A stretch of DNA of 64,000 nucleotides from an uncultured Nitrospira sp. (GCA_964451325.1 CAYVHO010000006.1:49959-113958); one strand, 5' to 3'. Counted from the first letter of the stretch, positions 48,112 through 59,912 are shown. A program made the numbers and translations. The notes: generated by a model not told the origin, from the letters alone.

Positions 48112-49320
48112 GAGGAGATAGAGATGGGTAAGGCGAAGTTTGAGCGGACAAAGCCGCATGTGAATATAGGGACAATTGGTCACGTGGATCACGGGAAGAC
48201 GACCTTGACCTCTGCAATTACAAAAGTTCTGGCCGAAAAAGGCTCAGCCGAATATCTTGCCTACGACTCCATTGATCGAGCACCTGAAGAGCGGGAACGT
48301 GGTATCACCATCGCCATCGCGCATGTCGAATACGAAACCGAAAAAAGACACTATGCCCATGTGGATTGCCCCGGTCATGCCGACTACGTCAAAAACATGA
48401 TTACTGGCGCTGCACAGATGGACGGCGCAATCTTAGTCGTCTCCGCCGCAGATGGCCCCATGCCGCAAACACGGGAACACATTCTACTCGCGCGTCAGGT
48501 TGGCGTGCCTTTCATCGTGGTCTATCTCAACAAAGCCGATCAGGTCGATGATGAAGAACTACTCGAACTCGTTGAATTAGAAGTTCGAGAGCTGCTTTCA
48601 AAATATGATTTTCCAGGAGATGACATCCCCTTGGTCGTGGGTTCTGCCTTAAAAGCCTGCGAAGGCGATAGCGGCCCCATGGGAGGAGAATCCATCTTAA
48701 AACTCATGGATGCCATCGACGAATACATCCCCACGCCGAAGCGTGAAATAGACAAACCCTTTATCATGCCTATAGAAGACGTCTTTTCTATTTCAGGTCG
48801 TGGCACCGTCGTGACCGGTCGTATCGAAAAAGGCGTTTGTAAGGTGGGTGACGAAATTGAAATTGTTGGCGTTACCGAAACCCAGAAAACAGTCGTTACC
48901 GGTGTAGAAATGTTTCGCAAGATCTTAGATCGTGGCGAAGCCGGAGACAATGTCGGCGTCTTAATTCGTGGCACCAAACGAGAAGAAGTGCAGCGTGGCA
49001 TGGTCCTGTCGAAACCGGGCAGCATTACCCCGCACACCGTATTTAAGGCCGAAGCCTATATCCTGACCAAAGAAGAAGGGGGTCGTCATACCCCGTTTTT
49101 TAATGGCTATCGTCCGCAGTTTTATTTGAGAACCACCGACGTCACCGGTATTGCGAAATTGAACGAAGGTGTTGAAATGGTCATGCCTGGAGACAACGCC
49201 GCGATGGAAGTTGAGTTGATTATGCCGATCGCCATGGACGTCGGATTGCGTTTTGCAATTCGAGAAGGCGGTCGAACGGTCGGCGCTGGTGTCATCACAG
49301 AAATTATTAAGTAATTTACG
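48112..49320 (+). repeat. tuf repeat copy 2 (pairs with 31992-33200)
   Basis: See copy 1. Differences at 49257, 49287 and 49290. Confidence 0.95.
48124..49314 (+). CDS. tuf: Elongation factor Tu (copy 2)
   Basis: Protein identical to copy 1. Confidence 0.99.
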   Translation: MGKAKFERTKPHVNIGTIGHVDHGKTTLTSAITKVLAEKGSAEYLAYDSIDRAPEERERGITIAIAHVEYETEKRHYAHVDCPGHADYVKNMITGAAQMDGAILVVSAADGPMPQTREHILLARQVGVPFIVVYLNKADQVDDEELLELVELEVRELLSKYDFPGDDIPLVVGSALKACEGDSGPMGGESILKLMDAIDEYIPTPKREIDKPFIMPIEDVFSISGRGTVVTGRIEKGVCKVGDEIEIVGVTETQKTVVTGVEMFRKILDRGEAGDNVGVLIRGTKREEVQRGMVLSKPGSITPHTVFKAEAYILTKEEGGRHTPFFNGYRPQFYLRTTDVTGIAKLNEGVEMVMPGDNAAMEVELIMPIAMDVGLRFAIREGGRTVGAGVITEIIK

Positions 49321-49353
49321 TTTTACCTTAAGGCTTAAGAAGAGGCAAACACA

Positions 49354-49659
49354 GTGAGTCAGAAGATTCGAATTAGATTAAAGTGTTACGATTTTCGTGT
49401 ATTAGACCAGTCGGTAGCTGAGATTGTCGATACCGTGACACGTACTGGGGCGAAGGTTTCCGGTCCCATTCCTTTGCCAACAAAAATTAATAAATACACG
49501 GTGCTTCGGTCTCCGCATGTGGATAAAAAGTCTCGAGAGCAGTTTGAGATCCGAACACATAAACGCCTGATTGACATATTAGAGCCGACACCTGAAACAG
49601 TGGATGCTTTGATGAAGCTTAACTTGTCGGCGGGTGTCAATGTCGAAATTAAAACCTAA
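49354..49659 (+). CDS. rpsJ: 30S ribosomal protein S10
   Basis: GTG start. [14 protein letters not shown]. Confidence 0.98.
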   Translation: MSQKIRIRLKCYDFRVLDQSVAEIVDTVTRTGAKVSGPIPLPTKINKYTVLRSPHVDKKSREQFEIRTHKRLIDILEPTPETVDALMKLNLSAGVNVEIKT

Positions 49660-49668
49660 GGCTGTCTG

Positions 49669-50301
49669 ATGATTGATGGATTGATTGGATATAAATTAGG
49701 CATGACTCAAGTCTTTGTGGATGGGAAGGGGCTCGTTCCTGTTACCGTTTTAGAGGTAGGGCCTTGTAAGGTGGTGCAGCTAAAGACATTAGAAAAAGAC
49801 GGATATGAGTCTGCCCAGATTTCATTTAAAGAAGTGAAGCCTCATCGTTCGAATAAACCCACGCTTGGGCATTTTAAGCGCGCAGCACTTCCTCCGAGTC
49901 GTATGCTGAGGGAGTTTAAGGGCGGCAAAGATCTTTCCTGTGGTCAAGTGCTTACTGCTGATCTTTTTCGTGAAGGGCAGTTTGTTGATGTCACGGGAAC
50001 TTCAAGGGGCAAAGGTTTTCAGGGGGTTATAAAACGTCATAATTATAGTGGCGGGCGTGCAACGCATGGCTCTCGTTTTCATCGTGCACCGGGATCTATT
50101 GGGCAGAGTGCCTATCCCTCTCATGTTTTTAAAAACAAGGGGATGCCGGGGCAAATGGGAGACAAACAAGTGACAACGCAGGGACTTGAAGTTGTGAGTG
50201 TGCGTCCTGAGGAGAACTTGATTCTTGTCAAAGGTGCAGTTCCTGGTGGAAAACAGGGGATGGTCCTTGTTCGTAAGTCAGTTAAAGGTCGCTCGAATTA
50301 G
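49669..50301 (+). CDS. rplC: 50S ribosomal protein L3
   Basis: GLIGYKLGMTQVF.. canonical L3. Confidence 0.98.
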   Translation: MIDGLIGYKLGMTQVFVDGKGLVPVTVLEVGPCKVVQLKTLEKDGYESAQISFKEVKPHRSNKPTLGHFKRAALPPSRMLREFKGGKDLSCGQVLTADLFREGQFVDVTGTSRGKGFQGVIKRHNYSGGRATHGSRFHRAPGSIGQSAYPSHVFKNKGMPGQMGDKQVTTQGLEVVSVRPEENLILVKGAVPGGKQGMVLVRKSVKGRSN

Positions 50302-50318
50302 GGAAAACGGTTTTAAAG

Positions 50319-50948
50319 ATGCTTGAAGTAGACGTAAAAAATAGTCATAACGAAAAAACAGGGACTGTGACGCTTGATGCACAGGTTTTTGGTGCTCCTG
50401 TTCTTCCTGAGCTCTTGCATGAAGTGGTTCAAATGCAGCGGGCTTCAATGCGTCAGGGGACAGCCTCGACAAAAACAAAGGGTTTGGTGCGTGGTGGCGG
50501 TAAAAAACCCTGGCGTCAGAAGGGCACAGGACGTGCTCGGGCGGGTTCGACTCGTTCTCCAATATGGCGTGGGGGTGGAGTAACTTTTGGTCCGAGACCC
50601 AGAAGTTATGCCTACTCCATTCCAAAAAAGAAAGCCCGTAAGGCGCTTTTTTCTGCCCTGTCTTGCAAAGTGGCAGAGGATGCACTTGTTGTTTTAGAGG
50701 AGTGGAGCTTTTCTGAAGTGAAAACGCGGGCCATGGTGCGTTTAATGGAAAAATTGTCTCTTTCGGGTCGTGTTTTAATCGCGGTGAGTCAAAAAGACGA
50801 TGACCTTGTTCGCATGAGTGGCAATATTCCAAACGTCAAACTCATTGAAATCAGAAATTTAAATGTCTATTCTCTCCTTCTGAATGAAACCCTGCTGATT
50901 ACGCAGAGAGATGTGGCGCGTCTGGTTGAAACCTGGGGGAAATCATGA
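50319..50948 (+). CDS. rplD: 50S ribosomal protein L4
   Basis: KPWRQKGTGRARAGS motif. Confidence 0.98.
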   Translation: MLEVDVKNSHNEKTGTVTLDAQVFGAPVLPELLHEVVQMQRASMRQGTASTKTKGLVRGGGKKPWRQKGTGRARAGSTRSPIWRGGGVTFGPRPRSYAYSIPKKKARKALFSALSCKVAEDALVVLEEWSFSEVKTRAMVRLMEKLSLSGRVLIAVSQKDDDLVRMSGNIPNVKLIEIRNLNVYSLLLNETLLITQRDVARLVETWGKS

Positions 50949-51229
50949 GTCCTTACGATTTAATTATTCGCCCTTTGGTGACGGAAAAAAGTACTGCGCT
51001 TCGGGAACAAGGGAATAAAGTGTGTTTTGTGGTGGATCAAAGGGCCAATCGAAGCATGATTAAATCTGCGGTTGAAGAGACCTTGAACGTGAAGGTTGAA
51101 AAAGTTCACGTACTCAACATGATCGGAAAAACAAAACGCTTGAATCGTTTTGAAGGAAAACGCCCCGATTGGAAAAAGGCGATTGTGACCCTCAAAGCGG
51201 GTGAAAAACTCGATTTGTTTGAAGGTTAG
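50945..51229 (+). CDS. rplW: 50S ribosomal protein L23
   Basis: LIIRPLVTEKS. ATGA overlap with rplD. Confidence 0.98.
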   Translation: MSPYDLIIRPLVTEKSTALREQGNKVCFVVDQRANRSMIKSAVEETLNVKVEKVHVLNMIGKTKRLNRFEGKRPDWKKAIVTLKAGEKLDLFEG

Positions 51230-51280
51230 CCTCTTAAGTTCAATGATTAAAACATTATTTCGAGTAGGACAAGGATAGAT

Positions 51281-52108
51281 ATGGCAACGAAGCAGCATAA
51301 ACCAACTTCACCGGGTCGAAGAGCCGCCTCTGGGTCGACATTTGAGGAGATTACAAAAAGCAAGCCTGAAAAATCTCTTCTAACCGCTTTGCATTCTACG
51401 GGTGGAAGAAATAATCGCGGACGTATGACCAGTCGTCATCGTGGCGGAGGGCATAAACGTGCGTATCGTGTCATTGATTTTAAACGTCAGAAATTCGATA
51501 TTCCGGCTAAGGTCGCGGCGATTGAGTATGATCCCAATCGTTCCGCTCGAATTGCCCTTCTCTTTTATGTTGATGGTGAAAAACGTTATATTATTGCGCC
51601 CGATAAGCTTGAGGTGGGCGATGAAATATCCTCTGGTGCCAAAGCTGAAATTCGCATTGGTTGCGCCCTGCCTTTAATCAATATTCCGCTTGGAAGTGCG
51701 ATTCATAATGTTGAGTTGAAAAAGGGAAAAGGGGGGCAACTTGCACGAAGTGCGGGTGCTTCTGCTCAACTGATGGCAAAAGAAGGGGATTATGCACATG
51801 TGCGTTTGACCTCGGGTGAAGTTCGTATTATTCGCTCGGAATGTTTGGCGACCATTGGGCAGGTTGGCAATATCGATCACGAAAATATTTCCTTGGGAAA
51901 AGCAGGCAGAAATCGTTGGAAAGGCCGAAGACCTCATGTTCGGGGTGTCGCGATGAATCCCGTGGATCATCCTCATGGCGGTGGTGAAGGTAAGGCAGGG
52001 GGAGGTAATCCGCATCCTGTTTCTCCTTGGGGCCAGTTGGCGAAGGGCTTTAAGACACGTAAAAGACATGAGTCTGATCGTTACATTGTTAAGAAACGAA
52101 AAAAATAA
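51281..52108 (+). CDS. rplB: 50S ribosomal protein L2
   Basis: [32 protein letters not shown]. Confidence 0.99.
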   Translation: MATKQHKPTSPGRRAASGSTFEEITKSKPEKSLLTALHSTGGRNNRGRMTSRHRGGGHKRAYRVIDFKRQKFDIPAKVAAIEYDPNRSARIALLFYVDGEKRYIIAPDKLEVGDEISSGAKAEIRIGCALPLINIPLGSAIHNVELKKGKGGQLARSAGASAQLMAKEGDYAHVRLTSGEVRIIRSECLATIGQVGNIDHENISLGKAGRNRWKGRRPHVRGVAMNPVDHPHGGGEGKAGGGNPHPVSPWGQLAKGFKTRKRHESDRYIVKKRKK

Positions 52109-52152
52109 TAAGGACGTATTGCTGACATTGAGTCGGCTGCACGAGGGAAAAT

Positions 52153-52440
52153 ATGCCAAGATCAATTAAAAAAGGGCCTTTTGTTGACGATCATCTTATG
52201 AAGAAGGTGAGCAGGATGAATGCCTCTAATGACATGAAGATCATCAAAACTTGGTCTCGGCGTTCAACGATATTGCCTGAAATGATTGGTCATACCTTGG
52301 CCATTCACAATGGGCGGAAATTTATTCCGGTTTATGTGACGGAGAATATGGTCGGACACAAACTGGGTGAGTTTTCTCCAACCCGCCAGTTTAAGGGACA
52401 TGCTGGCGGAAAAAATGAAAAATCCTCAAAGGTTAGGTAG
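52153..52440 (+). CDS. rpsS: 30S ribosomal protein S19
   Basis: [15 protein letters not shown]. Confidence 0.99.
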   Translation: MPRSIKKGPFVDDHLMKKVSRMNASNDMKIIKTWSRRSTILPEMIGHTLAIHNGRKFIPVYVTENMVGHKLGEFSPTRQFKGHAGGKNEKSSKVR

Positions 52441-52471
52441 GTCTGGTCTTATGTCCGAAGAAGGTTTAGAG

Positions 52472-52918
52472 ATGGAAGCAAAAGCAGTATTAAGATATAT
52501 CCGTGTTGCTCCGCGTAAAGCACGCATGGCGATTGACTTAATTCGAGGGAAAAATGCTGAAGAGGCCATGACGATTTTAAAGTTTACGCCCCGGCACGCA
52601 GCAAGAGTGGTGCAGAAAGTTTTAAAGTCGGCGGTTGCCAATGCGACTCAGAAAGACATGGGCGACGTCGATACCCTTAGGGTTTCACGGGTGTTTGTGG
52701 ATCCGGGGCCTTCGATGAAGCGCGTTCTGCCGCGGGCGATGGGGAGGGCCAATACCATCCTTAAAAGAACCAGTCACATTACGGTTGTTATTGGGCCTGA
52801 ATCGGGAAAAATTAAACCTGTACGGCGTTCGGTACCCCTTGAAGGGAAATCCAAGCCTGTGAATAAAAAGCGCGTAGAGAAAAAAGAGCCGGCTGTAAAT
52901 AAAGGCGAGGGGGAATAG
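52472..52918 (+). CDS. rplV: 50S ribosomal protein L22 with a Lys-rich C-terminal extension
   Basis: [27 protein letters not shown] aligns with typical L22 starts. ATG 52451 is the alternative. About 35 extra C-terminal residues. Confidence 0.95.
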   Translation: MEAKAVLRYIRVAPRKARMAIDLIRGKNAEEAMTILKFTPRHAARVVQKVLKSAVANATQKDMGDVDTLRVSRVFVDPGPSMKRVLPRAMGRANTILKRTSHITVVIGPESGKIKPVRRSVPLEGKSKPVNKKRVEKKEPAVNKGEGE

Positions 52919-53592
52919 TGGGGCAAAAGGTTCATCCATATGGATTTCGTCTGGGTTATATCAAGACTTGGAAGTCTCGATGGTATGCTGAAAAGGATTA
53001 TTCAAAACAGCTTCATGAAGATCTTGCCGTCCGAAAGACCGTGAAGGAAAAGCTTTATCATGCTGGAATTTCTCGTGTTGAGATTGAGCGCTCTGGTAAT
53101 CAGGTTAAGGTTTCTATCCATAGCTCTCGTCCAGGGATTATTATCGGTCGCAAGGGTGCAGAAGTTGACAAATTAAAATCAGAGCTTGAAGCGCTGACAG
53201 GGACACAGGTTTACATTAATATTAAAGAAATCAAAAAACCTGAGTTGGATGCCCAACTGGTTTCTGAAAATATTGCAAGTCAACTCGAGCGACGTGTTGC
53301 TTATCGCCGTGCCATGAAAAAGGCGGTTGCATCAACTTTAAGGCTTGGTGCGCAGGGCATTAAAGTACATTGTTCCGGTCGTCTTGGGGGGACTGAAATT
53401 GCCCGGGCTGAGTGGTATCGTGAGGGACGTGTTCCCCTCCATACTTTGCGTGCCGATATTGATTACGGTCAAGCGGAGTCCATGACGACAATGGGGCGTA
53501 TCGGGGTCAAAGTCTGGATTTATCATGGTGAAGTGCTTCCAGGAGTAGATCAGGAACAGCAGCGTGGTAGCGCTGGTGGCTGGAGGAGTTAA
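52918..53592 (+). CDS. rpsC: 30S ribosomal protein S3
   Basis: GTG start. [13 protein letters not shown]. Confidence 0.99.
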   Translation: MGQKVHPYGFRLGYIKTWKSRWYAEKDYSKQLHEDLAVRKTVKEKLYHAGISRVEIERSGNQVKVSIHSSRPGIIIGRKGAEVDKLKSELEALTGTQVYINIKEIKKPELDAQLVSENIASQLERRVAYRRAMKKAVASTLRLGAQGIKVHCSGRLGGTEIARAEWYREGRVPLHTLRADIDYGQAESMTTMGRIGVKVWIYHGEVLPGVDQEQQRGSAGGWRS

Positions 53593-54005
53593 TGCTTTCC
53601 CCAAAAAAAGTAAAATTTAGAAAAAGAATGAAAGGTCGGATGAACGGTAAAGCTTACCGGGGTTCTGAGATTAGTTTTGGTGAGTTTGGTTTAAAAGCAA
53701 TGGAGCCTTGCTGGATTACTTCAAGGCAGATTGAGGCCGCTCGAATTGCGATGACCCGTTTCATTAAGCGTGACGGGAAAATTTGGATTCGGATTTTCCC
53801 AGATAAGCCGATTACCAAAAAACCGGCAGAGACGCGGATGGGAAAAGGGAAGGGAGCTCCGGAATATTGGGTTGCGGTTGTCAAGCCAGGACGGATGCTC
53901 TATGAAATGGACGGTGTGCCTGAAGATGTTGCCAGAGAGGCGTTTCGGCTTGCAGCGCATAAGTTGCCCATTAAAACCCAGTTCGTTTCCAGAGATGGTG
54001 TTTAA
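53592..54005 (+). CDS. rplP: 50S ribosomal protein L16
   Basis: [17 protein letters not shown]. Confidence 0.99.
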   Translation: MLSPKKVKFRKRMKGRMNGKAYRGSEISFGEFGLKAMEPCWITSRQIEAARIAMTRFIKRDGKIWIRIFPDKPITKKPAETRMGKGKGAPEYWVAVVKPGRMLYEMDGVPEDVAREAFRLAAHKLPIKTQFVSRDGV

Positions 54006-54203
54006 ATGAAACTTGATACTTTAAGGGATTTGACGGTTGAAGAGTTGCGAGATAAAGAAAAAAATATGAGAAAAGAACTCTTTAATTTGCGATTTCAGTC
54101 GGCGGTGGGTCATATTGAAAACCCCAATCGTTTTAAAGAAGTTCGTCGCGAGATTGCGCAATTACTTACCATTCTTCAGCTTAAAAAAAATGAGGCTGCA
54201 TGA
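54006..54203 (+). CDS. rpmC: 50S ribosomal protein L29
   Basis: [18 protein letters not shown]. Confidence 0.97.
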   Translation: MKLDTLRDLTVEELRDKEKNMRKELFNLRFQSAVGHIENPNRFKEVRREIAQLLTILQLKKNEAA

Positions 54204-54454
54204 AAGATCGAAAAGAATATATTGGACGCGTATCGAGTAATAAAATGATGAAAACCGTCGTTGTTGCAATTGACCGGACGGTTAAACATCCGAGATATAA
54301 AAAATATCTAAAACGGACACGTCATTTAAAAGCTCATGATGAAACGAATACTTGTAATGTGGGTGATTTGGTGAAAGTCATTGAAACCCGTCCCTTAAGT
54401 GCTCAGAAGCGTTGGGTTGTGCTTGATGTGTTAAGGCGTGCCAAAGAGCTTTAA
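54200..54454 (+). CDS. rpsQ: 30S ribosomal protein S17
   Basis: [25 protein letters not shown] overlap. Confidence 0.98.
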   Translation: MKDRKEYIGRVSSNKMMKTVVVAIDRTVKHPRYKKYLKRTRHLKAHDETNTCNVGDLVKVIETRPLSAQKRWVVLDVLRRAKEL

Positions 54455-54477
54455 CTTAAGAAGGAGATCGCCTTTTA

Positions 54478-54846
54478 ATGGTACAAATACAAACAATGCT
54501 TGATGTTGCAGATAATTCAGGCGCAAAAAAATTGATGTGTTTTCATGTGACGGGTGGCTCACGGCGTCGTTACGCCAGTTTGGGCGATGTTGTGATTGCA
54601 ACAGTTAAAGTGGCGATTCCTCAGGCAAATGTCAAAAAAGGTGATGTGGTAAAAGCTGTTATTGTGAGAACGACAAAGGAAGTGCGTCGCAGTGATGGAT
54701 CCTATATTAAATTTGACCGAAATGCTGCCGTCTTAATTAACGCCTCCGGCGAACCCGTCGGTACGCGTATCTTCGGTCCAGTGGCGAGAGAGCTGCGGTG
54801 GAAGAAATATACCAAAATTATTTCTTTGGCCCCAGAAGTCGTGTAG
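54478..54846 (+). CDS. rplN: 50S ribosomal protein L14
   Basis: [18 protein letters not shown]. Confidence 0.99.
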   Translation: MVQIQTMLDVADNSGAKKLMCFHVTGGSRRRYASLGDVVIATVKVAIPQANVKKGDVVKAVIVRTTKEVRRSDGSYIKFDRNAAVLINASGEPVGTRIFGPVARELRWKKYTKIISLAPEVV

Positions 54847-54857
54847 AGAGGTAGATC

Positions 54858-55199
54858 GTGAAGAAGGATGCACTGAATACCCGAATCCGAAAAGGAGACC
54901 TTGTTCGAGTCATTGCAGGCAAGGAAAAAGGGAAAGAAGGCAATGTGTTGAGTGTTTCCCCGGGAAAACAGGCCGTTTTTGTTGAAGGTCTTAATCTCTT
55001 TAAACGTGCGACAAAGGCCAGCCAAGGTAATCCTAAGGGCGGGCTTGTCGAGCGTGAAGGGCGGCTTCATCTCTCTAATGTGATGTTGCTTTGTGCCAAT
55101 TGCGGGAAGTTGGCACGTATTGGTGCTAAGATTTTACCGGATGGCGAAAAACTGAGAATTTGTCGACGCTGTGAAGAGGTACTGGACAAAAAGGCTTAA
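54858..55199 (+). CDS. rplX: 50S ribosomal protein L24
   Basis: IRKGDLVRVIAGKEKGKEG. C-terminal CANC..CRRC. Confidence 0.97.
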   Translation: MKKDALNTRIRKGDLVRVIAGKEKGKEGNVLSVSPGKQAVFVEGLNLFKRATKASQGNPKGGLVEREGRLHLSNVMLLCANCGKLARIGAKILPDGEKLRICRRCEEVLDKKA

Positions 55200-55248
55200 T
55201 GTTTATTTTGAATTGCCATGAAGGGCTGTAGGGCAGGATGACAGAATC

Positions 55249-55830
55249 ATGAAAAAAGAAAACAAACAGATAAAACCATTAAAAAGTCTTTACTCGGACA
55301 AGGTTGTTCCTGAAATGATTAAGGAATTTGGGTATAAAAATGTCATGCAGGTTCCCTTGCTTGAGAAGGTTGTTCTCAATGTGGGAATGGGGGCAGCTTC
55401 TTCCAATGCAAAAATGCTGGATGCTGCGGTCAAAGAGTTGGCTGCGATTACGGGACAAAAACCGGTTGTGACCAAAGCGAAAAAATCGATTGCGGGATTT
55501 AAGTTGCGACAAGGTGTCTCCATTGGTTGTATGGTGACGCTGCGCCGTAAGCATATGTTTGATTTTTTGGATCGTCTTTTTCATGCCTCATTGCCACGTA
55601 TTCGAGATTTTAGAGGGTTTTCTCCAAAGTCTTTCGATGGTCGTGGGAATTATTCGCTTGGGATTAAGGATCAATTGATTTTTCCTGAAGTGAACTATGA
55701 TGAAGTGTTTGCAGTGCATGGAATGAATATTGTTATTGTGACGACGGCGTCTACCGATGACGAAGGACGTTCTCTCTTAAAAAATCTTGGTTTTCCTTTT
55801 AAGAAAACAAAGGAGGAAAAAGTTGGCTAG
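55249..55830 (+). CDS. rplE: 50S ribosomal protein L5
   Basis: [28 protein letters not shown]. Confidence 0.98.
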   Translation: MKKENKQIKPLKSLYSDKVVPEMIKEFGYKNVMQVPLLEKVVLNVGMGAASSNAKMLDAAVKELAAITGQKPVVTKAKKSIAGFKLRQGVSIGCMVTLRRKHMFDFLDRLFHASLPRIRDFRGFSPKSFDGRGNYSLGIKDQLIFPEVNYDEVFAVHGMNIVIVTTASTDDEGRSLLKNLGFPFKKTKEEKVG

Positions 55831-56008
55831 AAAAGCACTTATTGTGAAATCGCAACGTAAACCGAAGTTTTCTGTGCGTGCCTATAGTCGTTGTTTACTT
55901 TGCGGTCGTGGTCGTGGTTTTCTTCGAAAGTTTTCGATGTGCCGTATTTGTTTTAGGTTGTTGAGCTTGAGAGGTGAGATCCCAGGGGTCACAAAATCGA
56001 GTTGGTAG
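55823..56008 (+). CDS. rpsN: 30S ribosomal protein S14, zinc-binding short (type Z) form
   Basis: TTG 55823 after [56 protein letters not shown], 61 aa. Confidence 0.93.
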   Translation: MARKALIVKSQRKPKFSVRAYSRCLLCGRGRGFLRKFSMCRICFRLLSLRGEIPGVTKSSW

Positions 56009-56092
56009 GTTTGGCTCATCTCTATTCATGGGTCGCTTATTTTTTTATTTGAGTCCTTATAAGCACGTTTTTAGGAATTTTTTGGAGTTGTT

Positions 56093-56485
56093 ATGACTGA
56101 TCCAATTGCAGATCTTCTGGCCAGGATACGTAACGCAAAGCAGCGTAAACACAAAGACCTTTATCTTCCCTTTTCAAAAATCAAAAGAGATATTGCCTTG
56201 ATTTTGAAGGAAGAGGGTTTTATTCGCGGATACAAAATAAGCGGAACGACTGGTTTTGATGAAATTAAAATTACTTTGAAATACGGTCACGCAGAGGACT
56301 CCGTGATTACGGACTTAAAGCGGATTAGTAAACCGGGTCGTCGTGTCTATGTGGGTTGGGATGATATTCCTTATGTGAAACGAGGCTTGGGCATTGCGAT
56401 TCTTTCGACGTCAAAAGGTTTGTTGACTGATAAAAGATCTCGAAAAGAAAAAGTAGGTGGTGAAGTTCTCTGTTATGTTTGGTAA
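56093..56485 (+). CDS. rpsH: 30S ribosomal protein S8
   Basis: [15 protein letters not shown]. Confidence 0.99.
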   Translation: MTDPIADLLARIRNAKQRKHKDLYLPFSKIKRDIALILKEEGFIRGYKISGTTGFDEIKITLKYGHAEDSVITDLKRISKPGRRVYVGWDDIPYVKRGLGIAILSTSKGLLTDKRSRKEKVGGEVLCYVW

Positions 56486-56504
56486 GGGAAGGGTGTATTA
56501 GGCG

Positions 56505-57041
56505 ATGTCCCGTATTGGTTTGAAAAAAGTAAAGATTCTTAAAGGCGTTGAAGTAACGCTTGAGCCTGGTTTTGTCCATGTAAAAGGTCCAAAAGGCACG
56601 AGCTCTAAGTCGATTCGGCCTGAAGTTTCCGTTTCGCTCGAAGGAGACGAGCTTTCTGTGTCTCGATCTTCCGACACGCCCTTTGTTCGCTCCCTGCATG
56701 GACTGACAAGAAGTCAGATCCATAATGCTGTTGTCGGGGTTAAGGATGGATATGAAAAAATCCTTGATATCCTGGGTGTGGGGTATCGGGCTTCTTTAGA
56801 GGGTCGTACGCTTGTTTTAAATCTGGGGTTTTCACATTTGATTCGCTATGACCTACCCGTGGGTATTGATGCTGCGGTCGAGAAGCAGACGACCTTGATT
56901 CTCAAGGGGAGCGATAAGTATTTGGTCGGGGAGGTTGCAGCAAAAATTCGCTCATTTCGCCCCCCCGAGCCCTATAAGGGAAAAGGGGTTAAATATCGCG
57001 ATGAGAAGATTATTCGTAAAGAAGGCAAAAAAGGTAAGTAG
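56505..57041 (+). CDS. rplF: 50S ribosomal protein L6
   Basis: MSRIGLKKVKILKGVEV. Confidence 0.98.
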   Translation: MSRIGLKKVKILKGVEVTLEPGFVHVKGPKGTSSKSIRPEVSVSLEGDELSVSRSSDTPFVRSLHGLTRSQIHNAVVGVKDGYEKILDILGVGYRASLEGRTLVLNLGFSHLIRYDLPVGIDAAVEKQTTLILKGSDKYLVGEVAAKIRSFRPPEPYKGKGVKYRDEKIIRKEGKKGK

Positions 57042-57051
57042 GAGTTAAATC

Positions 57052-57405
57052 GTGATGCAGTCAAGCAAGGATAAAGTTGAAGCAAAACGCAGACGCCATT
57101 ATCGCGTACGTTTGAAGGTGGTTGGGAGCGCTGAGCGTCCAAGATTGTCTGTTTATCGGAGTTTGAAGCACATTTATGCCCAAATTATAGATGATGCTTC
57201 AGGTCAGACCCTCGTTTCCGCGTCTAGTCTGGGTGGGAGCAGTCAGGGAAATATTCAGGCTGCATCCGAAGTCGGTGGAAAGTTAGCCAAAGTAGCAAAA
57301 TCTGCGAATATTGAGCGTGTTGTTTTTGATCGCGGTGGCTGTCTTTATCATGGCAGAGTGAAGGCCTTAGCGGAGTCCGCGAGAGAAGGTGGGCTTCTCT
57401 TTTAG
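57052..57405 (+). CDS. rplR: 50S ribosomal protein L18
   Basis: [30 protein letters not shown]. Confidence 0.98.
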   Translation: MMQSSKDKVEAKRRRHYRVRLKVVGSAERPRLSVYRSLKHIYAQIIDDASGQTLVSASSLGGSSQGNIQAASEVGGKLAKVAKSANIERVVFDRGGCLYHGRVKALAESAREGGLLF

Positions 57406-57454
57406 ATGGAATATTTTGGATCATGCAAGCAACATATTGTAAGGAGGCAGTTTC

Positions 57455-57952
57455 TTGAAGAAGATTAATCCTGATAACCTGGCATTAAAAGACAAGGTTG
57501 TTTTCATTAACCGTGTGGCTAAGGTCGTAAAAGGAGGGAAACGTTTTTCTTTTTCAGCGATTGTTGTGGTTGGTGATAGCCAGGGACATGTCGGTGCTGG
57601 AAAAGGAAAGGCTGCTGAGGTTCCTGAAGCGATTCGGAAAGCAATCGAAGATGGAAAGAAAAACCTTGTGCGTGTCCCTTTGAAAGGAACGACCATTCCC
57701 TTTGAGGTGATGGGGCGTTTTGGTGCAGAGCGTGTTCTACTAAAGCCTGCCTCTGAGGGGACTGGCATTATTGCGGGTGGTCCTGTGCGTGCCGTCATGG
57801 AAATGGTCGGTGTCTCGAATATTTTAAGTAAGTGTCTGGGCGGGGGAAACCCGATCAATGTCGTTAGTGCAACCCTAAACGGTTTTTCGCAATTGAAACA
57901 TCCAGAAGATGTGATGAAAGCCCGTTTTGGATCGACAGCTCAGTCGGAGTAG
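57455..57952 (+). CDS. rpsE: 30S ribosomal protein S5
   Basis: TTG start 7 nt after [23 protein letters not shown]. Confidence 0.98.
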   Translation: MKKINPDNLALKDKVVFINRVAKVVKGGKRFSFSAIVVVGDSQGHVGAGKGKAAEVPEAIRKAIEDGKKNLVRVPLKGTTIPFEVMGRFGAERVLLKPASEGTGIIAGGPVRAVMEMVGVSNILSKCLGGGNPINVVSATLNGFSQLKHPEDVMKARFGSTAQSE

Positions 57953-57957
57953 TGATA

Positions 57958-58143
57958 ATGTCTAAAAATTTGTCAATTAAGTTAGTGCGAAGTTGTATTG
58001 GTCGACCTGAAAAACAACGCCGAGTTGTTGCAGGGCTTGGTTTAAGAAAAATGAATCAAGTGGTTGTTCGTCAAGATACGCCAGAGATTAGAGGAATGGT
58101 TAATAAAATATCCCATATGTTGGAAGTTGAGGAAATGCAGTGA
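57958..58143 (+). CDS. rpmD: 50S ribosomal protein L30
   Basis: MSKNLSIKLVRSCIGRPEKQR. The ORF track starts at GTG 57952. Confidence 0.95.
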   Translation: MSKNLSIKLVRSCIGRPEKQRRVVAGLGLRKMNQVVVRQDTPEIRGMVNKISHMLEVEEMQ

Positions 58144-58583
58144 AAATTTCGGATCTTGCCCCAGCGAAAGGCGCAAAAAAACAAAGAAAGCGTGTCGGTC
58201 GTGGCCCCGCGTCTGGTCATGGTAAAACTTCAACAAGAGGCCACAAAGGTCAGGCGTCGCGTTCCGGTGGAACAAAACCTTCCTGGTTTGAAGGAGGCCA
58301 ACAGCCTCTGACACGACGTGTGCCTAAACGAGGGTTTACGAACAATTTTCGCAAAATATATTCAATCATTAGTTTGCAGCGTCTAAACGTTTTTGAGGCC
58401 GATGCCGTTGTGACGCCCCAGGTGCTTCACGACAGTGGCATGATCAAAAAATTAAGTGATTCCGTTAAAATTTTAAGTGATGGTGAATTTACGAAACCTA
58501 TGGTAATTTCTGCGCATAAATTTAGTCGTAAGGCGATAGAAAAGATTGAAGCCGTCGGTGGTCGCGCCGAGGTCCTTTCTTAG
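58140..58583 (+). CDS. rplO: 50S ribosomal protein L15
   Basis: GTG start overlapping the rpmD stop. RVGRGPASGHGKTSTRGHKG. Confidence 0.98.
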   Translation: MKISDLAPAKGAKKQRKRVGRGPASGHGKTSTRGHKGQASRSGGTKPSWFEGGQQPLTRRVPKRGFTNNFRKIYSIISLQRLNVFEADAVVTPQVLHDSGMIKKLSDSVKILSDGEFTKPMVISAHKFSRKAIEKIEAVGGRAEVLS

Positions 58584-58593
58584 GAGATTCTTT

Positions 58594-59907
58594 TTGTTCG
58601 CTCGATTTACTAAAAGTATTCAAAGTATTTGCAAAATTGAGGAGTTACGCCAACGCGTTATTTTTACGGCGATGATGTTGTTTGTCTATCGCATGGGCGC
58701 GCATATCCCGACTCCAGGGATCAACAACGAACAGTTGAGTGAATTTCTCTTGGATCGAGGGGGCGCTTTGATGGGCTTTCTCGATATGTTTTCAGGGGGT
58801 GGGCTTTCTCGCCTAACCATTTTTGCCCTAGGGATCATGCCCTATATTTCGGCATCCATTATCCTGCAGCTACTGACAGTCGTGATCCCAACGCTTACAA
58901 AACTCTCAAAAGAAGGAGAGAGTGGGCGAAAAAAGATCACGCAGTATACTCGTTTTGCGACAATTGGTATCGGACTTGTACAGGCTTTTGGGATTGCGGT
59001 TGGTCTTGAAGGCATGGAAGGCGGCATTTTTGTTCAAAATCCCGGTTGGAGTTTTCGCCTGATGGCGATTATTACCATCACCGCTGGAACGGCTTTTTTG
59101 ATGTGGTTGGGTGAGCAGATTACTGAGAGAGGGATCGGAAATGGTATCTCTTTGATTATCTTTGCGGGAATCGTTGTGAGTATGCCGTCTGCGGTACTGA
59201 ATACCTTTCAGCTTTTTCAAACCGGTCAGATTAGTTTTATCTTGATTCTCGTCTTGGCTGTGATGATGATTTGCATGGTGGTCGCGATTGTCTTTCTTGA
59301 AAGTGGGCGACGCAAAATTCCGGTTCAGTATGCAAAACGCGTTGTCGGTCGTAAAATCTATGGTGGGCAGAGCACGCATATCCCTCTGAAAATCAATACA
59401 GCGGGGGTTATTCCGCCTATTTTTGCATCATCCATTATTGCTTTTCCTGCCACAATCGCAGGGTTTGTTTCCGTGCCTTGGGTTCAGTCTCTCGGACAAA
59501 ACCTGTCCCCGGGTACACTTTTTTACACCCTGCTTTATGCAGCCCTCATTATTTTCTTTGCGTTTTTCTATACGGCAGTGGTGTTAAATCCTGTCGACAT
59601 GGCTGACAATATGAAAAAATATGGTGGCTTCATTCCGGGCGTGAGGCCCGGTCAAAAGACTTCAGACTATATTTATCGTGTTTTAACACGGATTACTTTC
59701 GCAGGGGCGTTTTATTTGGCCCTCATAGCGATTATTCCAGAAATATTGATTTACCGGTTTAATGTTCCCTTTGCTTTTGGTGGGACCTCTTTGCTGATCG
59801 TTATTGGTGTTGGTATGGATACGGCACAGCAGATTGAAACCCATATGTTGACTCGAAATTATGAAGGTTTTATGAAAAAAGGCAAAGTCAAGGACAGAGG
59901 GTTTTAG
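58594..59907 (+). CDS. secY: Preprotein translocase subunit SecY
   Basis: TTG 58594 after TAGGAGA. The ORF-track frame extends back into rplO. KIEELRQRVIFT, 10-TM profile. Confidence 0.97.
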   Translation: MFARFTKSIQSICKIEELRQRVIFTAMMLFVYRMGAHIPTPGINNEQLSEFLLDRGGALMGFLDMFSGGGLSRLTIFALGIMPYISASIILQLLTVVIPTLTKLSKEGESGRKKITQYTRFATIGIGLVQAFGIAVGLEGMEGGIFVQNPGWSFRLMAIITITAGTAFLMWLGEQITERGIGNGISLIIFAGIVVSMPSAVLNTFQLFQTGQISFILILVLAVMMICMVVAIVFLESGRRKIPVQYAKRVVGRKIYGGQSTHIPLKINTAGVIPPIFASSIIAFPATIAGFVSVPWVQSLGQNLSPGTLFYTLLYAALIIFFAFFYTAVVLNPVDMADNMKKYGGFIPGVRPGQKTSDYIYRVLTRITFAGAFYLALIAIIPEILIYRFNVPFAFGGTSLLIVIGVGMDTAQQIETHMLTRNYEGFMKKGKVKDRGF

Positions 59908-59912
59908 GCCAA

